A stretch of DNA of 64,000 bases from an uncultured Methanosarcinales archaeon (GTDB taxonomy: Archaea > Nanobdellota > Nanobdellia > Woesearchaeales > GW2011-AR9). Below are positions 1-9,276 of the stretch, one piece after another; positions within the stretch are counted from its first letter, which is position 1; the number at the start of each line of letters is the position of its first letter. The position numbers were made by a program, and so were the translations under genes. The notes under the pieces were generated by a model, which saw only the letters and a program-made list of their open reading frames with translations, was not told where the DNA came from and did no database searches. The stretch is taken from NCBI GenBank assembly GCA_964373955.1, contig CAYJXA010000001.1:34079-98078 (forward strand). The letters run 5' to 3'.

Positions 1-910
1 GACCCCCTTGCATGAAATTAAAGAATTAAAACGACTACACATTAACCTCAGAAAAGTATTCCAAGATGGCTACGACATCTTTCTGCGGCACTTCTTCGTC
101 AATGGACTTTTTCACGCCGATCCCCACCCGGGAAATCTTCTCATCTTGAAAGGAGGAAGAATTGCCCTGATTGATTTTGGGATAGTAGGGCAATTTGACA
201 AGAAGCTTAAAGAGAATACCTTAGACTTACTAAGAACAATCGTGAATAGGGATTACGAAACCGCTACTACCGTTCTGCTGCGCATGAGTTCGGATGGAAC
301 AATCAACCGCTCTTCACTTGAAACAGAGGTGAGGGAAGTCTTTGAGCAATTACAGTATACTTCCATTAAAGATATCCAAGTCAGCCAAGGGTTACGGGAT
401 TTAGTTTCTCTTATTAACAAACACCACGTGCAAGTGCCCGTCGAATTCGTACTTTTTGTAAAGACAATCGTTACTATTGAGGGCCTGGCCCTTAAGTACC
501 AACCGGATTTTAATTTCATGAGCGAAACAAAAGCCAGCTTGCATAAATTCCTGGACCATGCCTATATGGTTAAGAATATTTTGCACAAAACCAAAACTAA
601 GATTTCAGAATATAAAGAGTTGGCGGAGGTCTTCCCTGAAACTGCCTTAGAATTACTTCAAAAAGCAAAACAATTCAAAGTGAACATAGAGATAGAAGAT
701 CGAGAGATTAGAGATTTAACCGTAGAGATTGAGCGCTCTTCCGGTAATTTAGCCCTGGGATTGATTTTAGCAGCGCTTATTGTGGCTTCAGCATTAATCA
801 TGCAAACAGCCGCTTCTACATATGTTTATATTTCAGGATTCATTTTAGCAGGAATATTGGGATTATGGCTAGTCCATCGTACCATATTTGTGAATATACT
901 AAAGAGGTGA
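1..910 (+). CDS. ABC1/UbiB-family atypical protein kinase, C-terminal part; the 5' end is outside the window
   Basis: The frame is open to the window edge. The FHADPHPGNLL motif is typical of ABC1/AarF kinases. There is a C-terminal hydrophobic helix. Confidence 0.75.
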   Translation, partial: TPLHEIKELKRLHINLRKVFQDGYDIFLRHFFVNGLFHADPHPGNLLILKGGRIALIDFGIVGQFDKKLKENTLDLLRTIVNRDYETATTVLLRMSSDGTINRSSLETEVREVFEQLQYTSIKDIQVSQGLRDLVSLINKHHVQVPVEFVLFVKTIVTIEGLALKYQPDFNFMSETKASLHKFLDHAYMVKNILHKTKTKISEYKELAEVFPETALELLQKAKQFKVNIEIEDREIRDLTVEIERSSGNLALGLILAALIVASALIMQTAASTYVYISGFILAGILGLWLVHRTIFVNILKR

Positions 911-914
911 AAGC

Positions 915-1169
915 ATGCAAAAAAAAGAACTCCTACGAAAAGGATTGCTCTTGGGAATTGGAGTAGCGGCGTATGCTGAAGAGAAAGCAGAACAGCTGGC
1001 AAGAGAGCTAGTCCATAAAGGACATTTGAATAAAGCAGAAGGAAAAAAGTTGGTGAAAGCAGTGTACAGAGAAGCACAACAGTCTGGAAAGAAGATTGCA
1101 AGCACTTTAGAAAAGGAAATGAAGATAGTCCTTCAAACAGTGAAGAAACCTGGAAAGAAGAAGAAATAA
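915..1169 (+). CDS. small Lys-rich hypothetical protein
   Basis: 84-aa ORF right after the ABC1 gene; it has helical, amphipathic character and I recognise no family motif. Confidence 0.4.
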   Translation: MQKKELLRKGLLLGIGVAAYAEEKAEQLARELVHKGHLNKAEGKKLVKAVYREAQQSGKKIASTLEKEMKIVLQTVKKPGKKKK

Positions 1170-1177
1170 GAAATTGT

Positions 1178-1363
1178 TTATTCTTTCTTTTTCAGGCGGG
1201 TCATGTAGCCAGCGATGATATTCCTAAGTTTTTTACTGGCAACCCCCACATACTGTGAGGTAATTACTTTATTCTGAGTAAAATCAGTGGTGAATTTATC
1301 TCCGTGAAGCTTGTAGAGATCTTTGGTCTTTCGCTTGATTAAGGTCGTTTTAATTCGTCCCAT
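1178..1363 (-). CDS. rps17e: 30S ribosomal protein S17e
   Basis: MGRIKT... N-terminus and the KKLRNxIAGY core match S17e; the length is 61 aa. Confidence 0.85.
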   Translation of the reverse strand: MGRIKTTLIKRKTKDLYKLHGDKFTTDFTQNKVITSQYVGVASKKLRNIIAGYMTRLKKKE

Positions 1364-1481
1364 TATTTTGTCAGAGGGTAATTTATTTATAAAGATTACG
1401 GTGGATTCTGCTTCAACACGCCTAGAGTAGCCAGTATACTTTTGAGTAATGTTTATATATTAACCTACTTTTTTCCTCAGG

Positions 1482-1901
1482 ATGGTTATTCTCTTCGATC
1501 AGTTTAACCTTCCCGAGGACATCTATAAAGTTATTTTTGCTACAGAGCAGCAGGAAGTAGTAGCCAAAATGCTTATCAAGTATATGTGGGAAAATGGAGG
1601 AGAGATTGGCAAGACTGAAATGAGCGTGTTTGCAACCCAACTGCATGAGGGCAATGCGGTCATTAAAGAGAAAGGGAAGTTACCATTTGATAAAGAAGTA
1701 AGAATTTCCTACAACAAGCGGCAATTCTACGATAGGATTTTAACACCTATGCGAGGGATGGGATTGATTGATTATGATTTATACAAGAAAACGTACAAAG
1801 TTTCTGATAAATTTAACAAATTAATGGTAAAAGTGGGATTAATGTGGATGCGGGAGATGGAAAAAGTAAAAAACGAAGTGAAAATGCTGCCAAAGCGGTA
1901 A
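1482..1901 (+). CDS. hypothetical protein
   Basis: 139-aa ORF with typical coding composition and no recognisable motif. Confidence 0.4.
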   Translation: MVILFDQFNLPEDIYKVIFATEQQEVVAKMLIKYMWENGGEIGKTEMSVFATQLHEGNAVIKEKGKLPFDKEVRISYNKRQFYDRILTPMRGMGLIDYDLYKKTYKVSDKFNKLMVKVGLMWMREMEKVKNEVKMLPKR

Positions 1902-1911
1902 GAGTTGAAGT

Positions 1912-3087
1912 CTATACGCTGCCTGCCTGCTGTTTCAACAAATCTGCTTTATCGGCCTTCTCCCAGGTAAAATCAGGATCATTTCTGCCAAAGTGCCCAT
2001 AGGCCGCAGTTTTCTTATAGATCGGTCTCCGTAGGTTTAATTGCTCAATGATTGCCTTAGGACGGAAATCAAAATTCTTGCGGATGATCTCTACAATTTT
2101 CTCTTCAGGTATTTTACTGGTGCCGAAGGTGTTTACTAAAATGCTTACTGGTTGAGCTACACCGATAGCATAGGCCACTTGTATCTCGCATTTCTCTGCT
2201 AATCCCGCAGCAACGATATTCTTAGCTACATAGCGAGCATAGTAGGCAGCGGAACGGTCTACTTTCGTCGGATCTTTGCCGCTAAAGGCCCCGCCGCCAT
2301 GCCTAGAATATCCACCATAAGTGTCAACGATAATTTTTCTTCCGGTACAGCCGGCATCTCCAACTGGACCCCCGATCACAAATTTTCCCGTGGGGTTGAT
2401 GAAATATTTTGTCTGGGCATCAATCCACTCATGGCAGATGGGTTTGACAATTTTCTCAATCATATCTCTGCGAATAGTTTCTAAATCAACATCAGGATGA
2501 TGCTGGGTGGAAATAACAACGGTATCCACTCTCTTTGGTTTTCCATTTTGATATTCTACCGTCACCTGTGATTTTCCATCTGGACGCAAATACCATACTT
2601 CACCCCGCTTTCGAGCACTCGCTAAACGTTGGGTTAACTTATGGGCGAGAATTATTGGCAAAGGCATGTATTCCGGGGTTTCATTGGTGGCAAATCCAAA
2701 CATTAAGCCTTGATCTCCAGCTCCCTGCTCTTTGAATAATCCCTCCCCTTCATTGACTCCCTGTGCAATATCGGGGGATTGCCCGGAAAGTGCAACTAAA
2801 ACTCCACAAGTGCTACCTTCAAACCCATATTCTGGTTTGTCATAGCCTATTTCTAAGATGGTGTCACGAGCGATTTTCTGCACATCGACATAGGTGTTCG
2901 TGGTTACTTCTCCTCCAACGACGACAAAGCCCGTTTTTGTTAAACATTCTATAGCCACACGAGCGTGGGGGTCATCTTTGTAAATTGCATCTAAGATGCC
3001 ATCACTAATCTGGTCACAAATTTTATCGGGGTGCCCTTCGGTCACACTCTCTGAAGTAAATAAAAAATTTTCTTTGTTATCTGACAT
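1912..3087 (-). CDS. metK: S-adenosylmethionine synthetase (bacterial/eukaryal MetK type)
   Basis: [13 protein letters not shown] and [19 protein letters not shown] match the MetK signatures. The likely start is the internal Met (MSDNK...), not the ORF-track start. Confidence 0.95.
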   Translation of the reverse strand: MSDNKENFLFTSESVTEGHPDKICDQISDGILDAIYKDDPHARVAIECLTKTGFVVVGGEVTTNTYVDVQKIARDTILEIGYDKPEYGFEGSTCGVLVALSGQSPDIAQGVNEGEGLFKEQGAGDQGLMFGFATNETPEYMPLPIILAHKLTQRLASARKRGEVWYLRPDGKSQVTVEYQNGKPKRVDTVVISTQHHPDVDLETIRRDMIEKIVKPICHEWIDAQTKYFINPTGKFVIGGPVGDAGCTGRKIIVDTYGGYSRHGGGAFSGKDPTKVDRSAAYYARYVAKNIVAAGLAEKCEIQVAYAIGVAQPVSILVNTFGTSKIPEEKIVEIIRKNFDFRPKAIIEQLNLRRPIYKKTAAYGHFGRNDPDFTWEKADKADLLKQQAGSV

Positions 3088-3170
3088 GGTATTCGCCTCC
3101 GAGTTGATTAATAGAAAGGCCACCTAAAAGCTATATAAAATCTTGTGACAAGAATATTCTAATTGGAATA

Positions 3171-3740
3171 TTAAAATCCTAAGCCGCCGTTTACAAAAAG
3201 ACCAACGCCTCGTTCTTTTCCAACATAAAAATCTGCGCCGACCTGCGCTTGAAATGGCCATAGATTATACCCTAACCCTGCTTGCGGAGTCCAATACGTT
3301 TGCCCTTCTGAGATACCCATCCGAGCCGGCCCTGCTAGAATTTCCAAATTATGATCATTATTCTCTCCTAGAATTCGAATGCCGTTAGTCAGGCCAAATT
3401 CATAAAGATTTCTTTCTTCTCCAAAAAGACCGCGGAAAGATACTTCCGTTGAGAAAGGGACACGAACGCGCTCTGATCTAATCGCTCCTGTTTCAGACAA
3501 ATTCAAATGATAGCGCTGAAGGCAGGATTCTGATCGTAAGCCAAATTTAAATCCATGGAGAGCGTTATTGAGAGAAGAATCTAGTGTCGTAGAGCCAGCG
3601 TATCCCACTACTGTGTTTACATTTGTGATGGTAGCCTCAACAAATCTCTCGACGTGCTCTTCAGAGACGACTGAACTAGAGGCAACAGCACAGCTAGACA
3701 AGTACAATGCTGCTAAAACTGAACGAAAATGCGAGATCAT
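3171..3740 (-). CDS. secreted beta-rich protein with signal peptide and C-terminal aromatic residue
   Basis: N-terminal hydrophobic signal peptide; Gly/aromatic-rich sequence ending in GGLGF; sits in the GC-rich island and overlaps the upstream gene (ATGA). Confidence 0.5.
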   Translation of the reverse strand: MISHFRSVLAALYLSSCAVASSSVVSEEHVERFVEATITNVNTVVGYAGSTTLDSSLNNALHGFKFGLRSESCLQRYHLNLSETGAIRSERVRVPFSTEVSFRGLFGEERNLYEFGLTNGIRILGENNDHNLEILAGPARMGISEGQTYWTPQAGLGYNLWPFQAQVGADFYVGKERGVGLFVNGGLGF

Positions 3741-4909
3741 TTTGTTCTGTCCCCCTTACGAAGAGCTGGTTTCGTTTCTTTATCTTGCAAAGAACAGGAA
3801 GGAGGAATACTATCCTCAAACTTTCGCCGCGCAGAAGCCTTCCCTTGTGCTAAATCCATCGCATCTTGGTAGGTAAATCGTGCATAGTGCGTTCTCCTGT
3901 CGGCGCTGCGAACTTTCAGGGCAAAAAAATATTTTAATATTTCAGCTCCTCGCACTCCTGGAAAATCATCTCCGGCGTGATAAAGTTCAATAAACGGCCC
4001 TGAACCTTCTTCCCCTAAACGACGTAGAGTAGTTGATGTATAGCCTTTGTGCTGGCGAAGGAAATTCTCAAATGCCCCCATAACAGCAAAGTAATCCCTT
4101 CCAGAAGCAGCTGCAGCTGAATTCATCCCTTGATAAATATTCGGTCCGAGTACAATTTCAAGCCGATTTACTGGTAAACACTCCCCTACACGATAGCGCT
4201 GTGGAGACTCTTGCTGCTCAGAAGGTATTTCTACTGCAGGTTCGCATGCAGGTGCAGGAGGGCAAACACAATCGCTATTCTTCACCGGTGGAGTAGCTGG
4301 TGCTGCCGGCACTCTTCCATCTATCAACGCTTCACACGAAGGAGGGATAGCCGCTTCAAGAGTTTGCCTGTTTACACCAAGATTTGTACCTTGACCAATT
4401 GAAGATTGCATTGCTACTGTGTCTTTTAAAACATCCCGTCCAGCAATATCGACAATACTCACATCAAATCCAGATTCGCCCCGGCGATCAATCCAGTCGA
4501 AAACTATTCTTGGAACTCTATTTTCACCTACCGAAACGGATGGTCTTCCTCCCCGATACTCCCAGAAAGATCTCCCCTCTACTCCTTGGTAGCCTTTCCT
4601 AGTCAACAGATCCCCTAGAAATCGTGAAAAATTTTCCCCTAGAACAGTAAGACTATAACTCCCCGCATTACTATCGTAATGAAACTGTAGTTCCTGAGCA
4701 TCCAAACACATTTGCCCCTGTTCAGCTCTGATTAACGGTGAGCGAGTATCCACCCAGGGTTCTGCCTTTGCAGTGCTCGCATAAAACATTCCTGCTGCTA
4801 ATACTCCTGCCACCAATCCTGTTCCAGTAATTTCAGTAGTGAACACTTTTCCAAGGTAAGGAACTCTGCTCACAGTTTCATTCAATTTTTCTCGTAGTGT
4901 TGATATCAT
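3737..4909 (-). CDS. membrane-anchored hypothetical protein with Pro/Cys-rich linker
   Basis: N-terminal TM segment; a PPAPACEP Cys/Pro-rich stretch; GC-rich codon usage; translationally coupled to the neighbouring genes. Confidence 0.5.
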   Translation of the reverse strand: MISTLREKLNETVSRVPYLGKVFTTEITGTGLVAGVLAAGMFYASTAKAEPWVDTRSPLIRAEQGQMCLDAQELQFHYDSNAGSYSLTVLGENFSRFLGDLLTRKGYQGVEGRSFWEYRGGRPSVSVGENRVPRIVFDWIDRRGESGFDVSIVDIAGRDVLKDTVAMQSSIGQGTNLGVNRQTLEAAIPPSCEALIDGRVPAAPATPPVKNSDCVCPPAPACEPAVEIPSEQQESPQRYRVGECLPVNRLEIVLGPNIYQGMNSAAAASGRDYFAVMGAFENFLRQHKGYTSTTLRRLGEEGSGPFIELYHAGDDFPGVRGAEILKYFFALKVRSADRRTHYARFTYQDAMDLAQGKASARRKFEDSIPPSCSLQDKETKPALRKGDRTK

Positions 4910-4921
4910 TTTTATTTCCTC

Positions 4922-6646
4922 CTATCGTGCTTGTTGATATATCGGTTCTAACAACTCGTCTGCTTCTTTCAACGTTCCAAAGAAACCAAATTCTTTTAGA
5001 GTTTCCAGCACATCGAGAGTTCTTTGATTAAATTTTCCCTGCAATAATTGTACCTCGATCCGGCCACCTTGTTGTAGAACATCTTCCGCATGTGTTGCAA
5101 CATACTCATTTACATTTGAACATCCATAAGGCCTGACACAAGAATAACGAGGTTCTTCCGAACCATCCCGCCAGGTTTTTCCCAATCTTTCTGCATCCCG
5201 AACGACATCAGTTTTAACTTCCTTATTCTCAATATGAGGAGAGAGTTTCCCCACCAACTGCTGCCGTTTTCGTGTTGGAAGATGATCCATCCAGGCATGG
5301 GCTAATTCGTGAGGCAAAGAATAGCCGTCATTTGCCTGCAATGCAATAATATTACTATCGTTGAGGTAACAGGCTGCAGACCGTTGGGATTTACACAGTT
5401 GCTTGAGCTGCGCTTCATCCGTGTACAAGTACAACCCTAACTTCGGAGCCAGCTCTTTGTAGTTAGAAGGAAGTTTTCCTACCGCTTGTTTAAGTTTCCC
5501 AAGCAGATCATTCAAATCCCGCGGATCAGTAACGGAGGTTTTGATTTTATCTACATTAAATAAAGGATCACGGAGATGAGGATATGCCTCAAAGAGGAGC
5601 GCATTTGCTGGATCTTTCAACAAAGCAGCATAACTGCTGGAGGCTTCAATTGATCTCTCAAATTTTTGTTCCAACGCAGATAACCGTTCACGCTGCTCCT
5701 GTCGCAAACGTTCCTGCCGCTGTGCTTCTGTTTGTTGCCGTTGCCATTCCTCCCTTCTTCGTCGTTGTAATTCTTCAACCTCGCTTCGCCGTTGTTCTTC
5801 CAATCGTTGCTGTTCTTCCAGACGTGCACGTGCTTCTGCAATTTCCGTACCTACCTGTGCTTGCTTAGCTTTAATTTCAGCCTGATGATCCTGCAACCAG
5901 ACGTCAACACCATATTTTCTCTTGGCAAGTTCTGCAATTTTGAATAATCTTATTAAATCAGAGAATTCAGCGGTAATGGCTTCCTTTGCTCCCGGTTTGA
6001 GATATTTTTCAAACGGAACGTCGAGCGTAAATTTATCTCCGGTTTGAGTGAGAGTAAGAACTTCATGTCGATAGTAGTAAGAAGGAAGAGTATCATTGTA
6101 CAAAGAAGCCTCTCTTTGGAAGGTGGTGGAAACGTCTATGCTATCTATTTGTAACACTGTTTGCGTATCATTCTTGACATAGTAAAATCTTGCCTGACTA
6201 TTATCACTTCGAGAGGAATATTCCATTCGTTCTTCTAACCCCGACACAGTACTTTTCAGAAAAAAACGAAAACCACTTCCCCTAAAATCCCACTCATCAG
6301 TTCTCCCGACGCATTGAGTCAAACAAAAGTTATCCGCATTTTGCTGTGTGAATTCAGGGATTACACAAGTTGCTCTGTTCTTAGGATCAGGCGTGTTTAA
6401 AGGAACAAGATACGCAGTTCGAATTACATCTACTATTTTCTGTTTCAATGATTTCGCTTTTTCCGGAAATAATTGTTGTGCTTCTTTCTGCTGTTGTTCA
6501 AGCACACTTCCGGACAATAATTCGTCTAACGTAGCTGTAGGTGAAACTACTTCTTGCTGCTCAGGATATTGTACATCGGTAGCTGGACGTATTGCGCATC
6601 CCTGTAAGAAAGCTGCGAGAGCAATTCCTCGAAGAAAAGATATCAT
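4922..6646 (-). CDS. putative lipoprotein with coiled-coil region and HExxH zinc-metallopeptidase-like motif
   Basis: Lipobox-like LQGC after an N-terminal hydrophobic segment. A long R/E/Q-rich coiled coil is present. The HELAHAWMDH motif is zincin-like. Confidence 0.55.
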   Translation of the reverse strand: MISFLRGIALAAFLQGCAIRPATDVQYPEQQEVVSPTATLDELLSGSVLEQQQKEAQQLFPEKAKSLKQKIVDVIRTAYLVPLNTPDPKNRATCVIPEFTQQNADNFCLTQCVGRTDEWDFRGSGFRFFLKSTVSGLEERMEYSSRSDNSQARFYYVKNDTQTVLQIDSIDVSTTFQREASLYNDTLPSYYYRHEVLTLTQTGDKFTLDVPFEKYLKPGAKEAITAEFSDLIRLFKIAELAKRKYGVDVWLQDHQAEIKAKQAQVGTEIAEARARLEEQQRLEEQRRSEVEELQRRRREEWQRQQTEAQRQERLRQEQRERLSALEQKFERSIEASSSYAALLKDPANALLFEAYPHLRDPLFNVDKIKTSVTDPRDLNDLLGKLKQAVGKLPSNYKELAPKLGLYLYTDEAQLKQLCKSQRSAACYLNDSNIIALQANDGYSLPHELAHAWMDHLPTRKRQQLVGKLSPHIENKEVKTDVVRDAERLGKTWRDGSEEPRYSCVRPYGCSNVNEYVATHAEDVLQQGGRIEVQLLQGKFNQRTLDVLETLKEFGFFGTLKEADELLEPIYQQAR

Positions 6647-8274
6647 GATCTCATCCCCTCAATTAATCCATCTGGGTCAAAGACCAAGTTATCATAGCCG
6701 GACTGGAGCGCAAACTCTTTCACGAATTTTTTTAATTCTCCCCGTAACGGAGCAAGATTTTCCTTCCTCATTTCATCATAGTAGGAACAGCGTCCAGCAG
6801 GGTGATCACCATGTATCCACACCGAACCTACTACCTCCATTTTTGTTCCGCTAGCAGCATACACTGAAACAAATTGGTGGTCAGCATCTGATAAAACTCT
6901 GGCAACGGCAGAAGACCCCTCTCGATACCAATCATTGATTTCTTTCTCTCTATCAATCAATGCGTTCATCACTTGAATCAAACTTCGTTCTACCGTAAAG
7001 AGATACCTTCTTCCCTCAATATCAACTTCTTTGCTCATTTCACCGGAAGTGTAGAATTTCCGCTGGGCATCACTTTGCACTGACTCTAAGACCGCTCCAG
7101 ATCGCTGCAATCTCTTCTCCAGGATCTCTTGTTTTAAAGCATCGAAGAGTAATTTATATCCACGCTGAGAAGCAAGTTCCTCCACGACTGCAGGCCAATA
7201 TTGTTCATCAATAAGATGAATTTTTCTTGCTCCCTCTTCTAAGACGGCGTTCGCAAATTGATCATACCCCTGAGTAGATCCTAAAACGGCATTAACGATT
7301 TTCCGAGAAAATTTTTTCTTTTCTTCAGCTGACCTTTCAACATAGCGTGCCTGTTCTATTGCCTGTAAATACCACCATTTTGGGGTTAGTTCAGGGCTGT
7401 GGCAGGGAATATATCTTTGCTCACCAGTTAACATCTGTGTTATCCAGTTAGCATCATGATTGTCATGTTCAATTGAGCGCGGAGTATAATACTCAAAAGC
7501 GTTAATAATCCCTGAATGCTCTGCTTGCACCAGGAATACCGCTAATCTTCGTGACTGCACTGACTCTGGTCCTTTGCGCATGGCTTCATGGAATAATTGG
7601 CGGACTCCCTCATCCTGAAATAATAATGCGTAGCGATCATCGTTTCTAACTAGGGTAAGAACTTCTTTATATTGAGCGGTAGATCTTACGACAAATGCAG
7701 GTGTTTTGTGTTGCAAGCGCTGTGCAGTAATTCTACGGATATTATCTGGATCTGCTTCAATCTTGACATCGTAGCCCAGAACAACGTCCAGCGTTTCATG
7801 TCTCCCCACCATGGTGCGAAAAACACGTTCCAAAAATGTTCGTCCATCTTCATCTCGGAAAAATTCCCGGATAAACCAATGCCGAAGTGTTGAACTTGCA
7901 TTGTAAAGCTGAGCTAGTTTTGAAATTTCGGTAATATAATCTTCGACCTCGGGAGCGTCCTCCAGGTCAAATTTGAGGCTGCCATCCAAGCGGAGTTCTG
8001 ACCCCTGCTCTTCTACTTCAAAGCAATGCTTAGGCCATAAATATTGATTTACAAAACCTCTCTTAAAATGGGAAGAAGTTACATATTCCCGCAAGACTTG
8101 TTGCGCGAGAGCTTTCACGGGAGAATGGTCAAAATGCTGCTTTCCTCGTCGAGGAAGACTATCTCCGATTCCCCAAGCCCAAGCAAAAGTATCGTGGGCA
8201 TGCAACCCTTCAAATAGGCGATGCACTCGGCGAGTCAAGCATTCCTGTTCTCTATCTTTCATGGCAGCCATCAT
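6643..8274 (-). CDS. large hypothetical protein (first gene of the GC-rich four-gene operon)
   Basis: 543-aa ORF that overlaps the downstream gene by 4 nt; I recognise no family motif. Confidence 0.5.
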   Translation of the reverse strand: MMAAMKDREQECLTRRVHRLFEGLHAHDTFAWAWGIGDSLPRRGKQHFDHSPVKALAQQVLREYVTSSHFKRGFVNQYLWPKHCFEVEEQGSELRLDGSLKFDLEDAPEVEDYITEISKLAQLYNASSTLRHWFIREFFRDEDGRTFLERVFRTMVGRHETLDVVLGYDVKIEADPDNIRRITAQRLQHKTPAFVVRSTAQYKEVLTLVRNDDRYALLFQDEGVRQLFHEAMRKGPESVQSRRLAVFLVQAEHSGIINAFEYYTPRSIEHDNHDANWITQMLTGEQRYIPCHSPELTPKWWYLQAIEQARYVERSAEEKKKFSRKIVNAVLGSTQGYDQFANAVLEEGARKIHLIDEQYWPAVVEELASQRGYKLLFDALKQEILEKRLQRSGAVLESVQSDAQRKFYTSGEMSKEVDIEGRRYLFTVERSLIQVMNALIDREKEINDWYREGSSAVARVLSDADHQFVSVYAASGTKMEVVGSVWIHGDHPAGRCSYYDEMRKENLAPLRGELKKFVKEFALQSGYDNLVFDPDGLIEGMRS

Positions 8275-8376
8275 TGTAGTTTATCGTAATTTTCCCCCGC
8301 CCCAATTATCACTTCTAAGTAATTCAAAACCAAAAGATTTATATTTAATGGATATATTTTATATTAAAAATATAAA

Positions 8377-9276
8377 ATGAAACGAAAACTCATCAAACAA
8401 GGAGTGGGAGGATTAACCCTCTGCGTCCCTAAACAATGGACTGAAAAGCATAATCTCAAAGCGGGAGATGAGATTATCTTAACAGAGGAACAAGAGAAAT
8501 TAATCCTCACTACTGAAAGCAAACCTGCCCGCGTGAGAAAAGAGCTGGTTATTGATGAGCATTCCTATGAATTCATGACGAGACTGCTTACGAATGCCTA
8601 CAAGAAGGGGGTTGATGAATTAAAGTTAAAATTCAAGAGAGATATACCCTTAGAAATCATTAACAAAGCGTTATCTACCTTAACCATAGGATACGAAATC
8701 ACGGAAGTGGGTAAGGATTATTGTATCATCCAAAGTTTCAGCGCAGAACAGGAAGAGAATATCGCTGTTTCCATTCGGAAATGTTTTTTCCTTATTAAAG
8801 AGATGCAAGAAGTTATTCAGGAAGAGATTGAATATAAAAAGGGAGAGGCAAGAGATAGAATAAAAGCGCTTAATGAAAATGTGCGTAAATTGACCAATTA
8901 TGCGATAAGGACCACTTCCAAAACCATACACGACAATAATATTGTCCAGTATAATACTCTCATTTTTTCTAATTTATATCTTTATTCTATTAAATTAACC
9001 TACATCTATCAAAAAGTGGGAGAAGACAAGAGAATAGGGATAAACACCCGTGAGATTATGAATAATCTTTTTGCGCTATTTGACCTTTTTTATGAGATGT
9101 ACTATAACCAACAATTGCCATCTGCTCACCAATTTCTCCAGCGAAAAGAACAGTTGGTAAAAAAAATCGATGCTGCTGTCGACAAAGGCAACGGAAAGAT
9201 TTTACTGCAAATATCCATGGCTCTGCGCTGCCTGCATGATTCTATCGGTGCAATGATTGGATTAATTATAAAGTAA
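8377..9276 (+). CDS. AbrB/SpoVT-domain plus PhoU-like transcriptional regulator
   Basis: The N-terminus MKRKLIKQGVGGLTLCVPKQW...GDEI is an AbrB/MazE swapped-hairpin motif. The remainder is helical and PhoU-like, an architecture common in archaea. Confidence 0.6.
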   Translation: MKRKLIKQGVGGLTLCVPKQWTEKHNLKAGDEIILTEEQEKLILTTESKPARVRKELVIDEHSYEFMTRLLTNAYKKGVDELKLKFKRDIPLEIINKALSTLTIGYEITEVGKDYCIIQSFSAEQEENIAVSIRKCFFLIKEMQEVIQEEIEYKKGEARDRIKALNENVRKLTNYAIRTTSKTIHDNNIVQYNTLIFSNLYLYSIKLTYIYQKVGEDKRIGINTREIMNNLFALFDLFYEMYYNQQLPSAHQFLQRKEQLVKKIDAAVDKGNGKILLQISMALRCLHDSIGAMIGLIIK

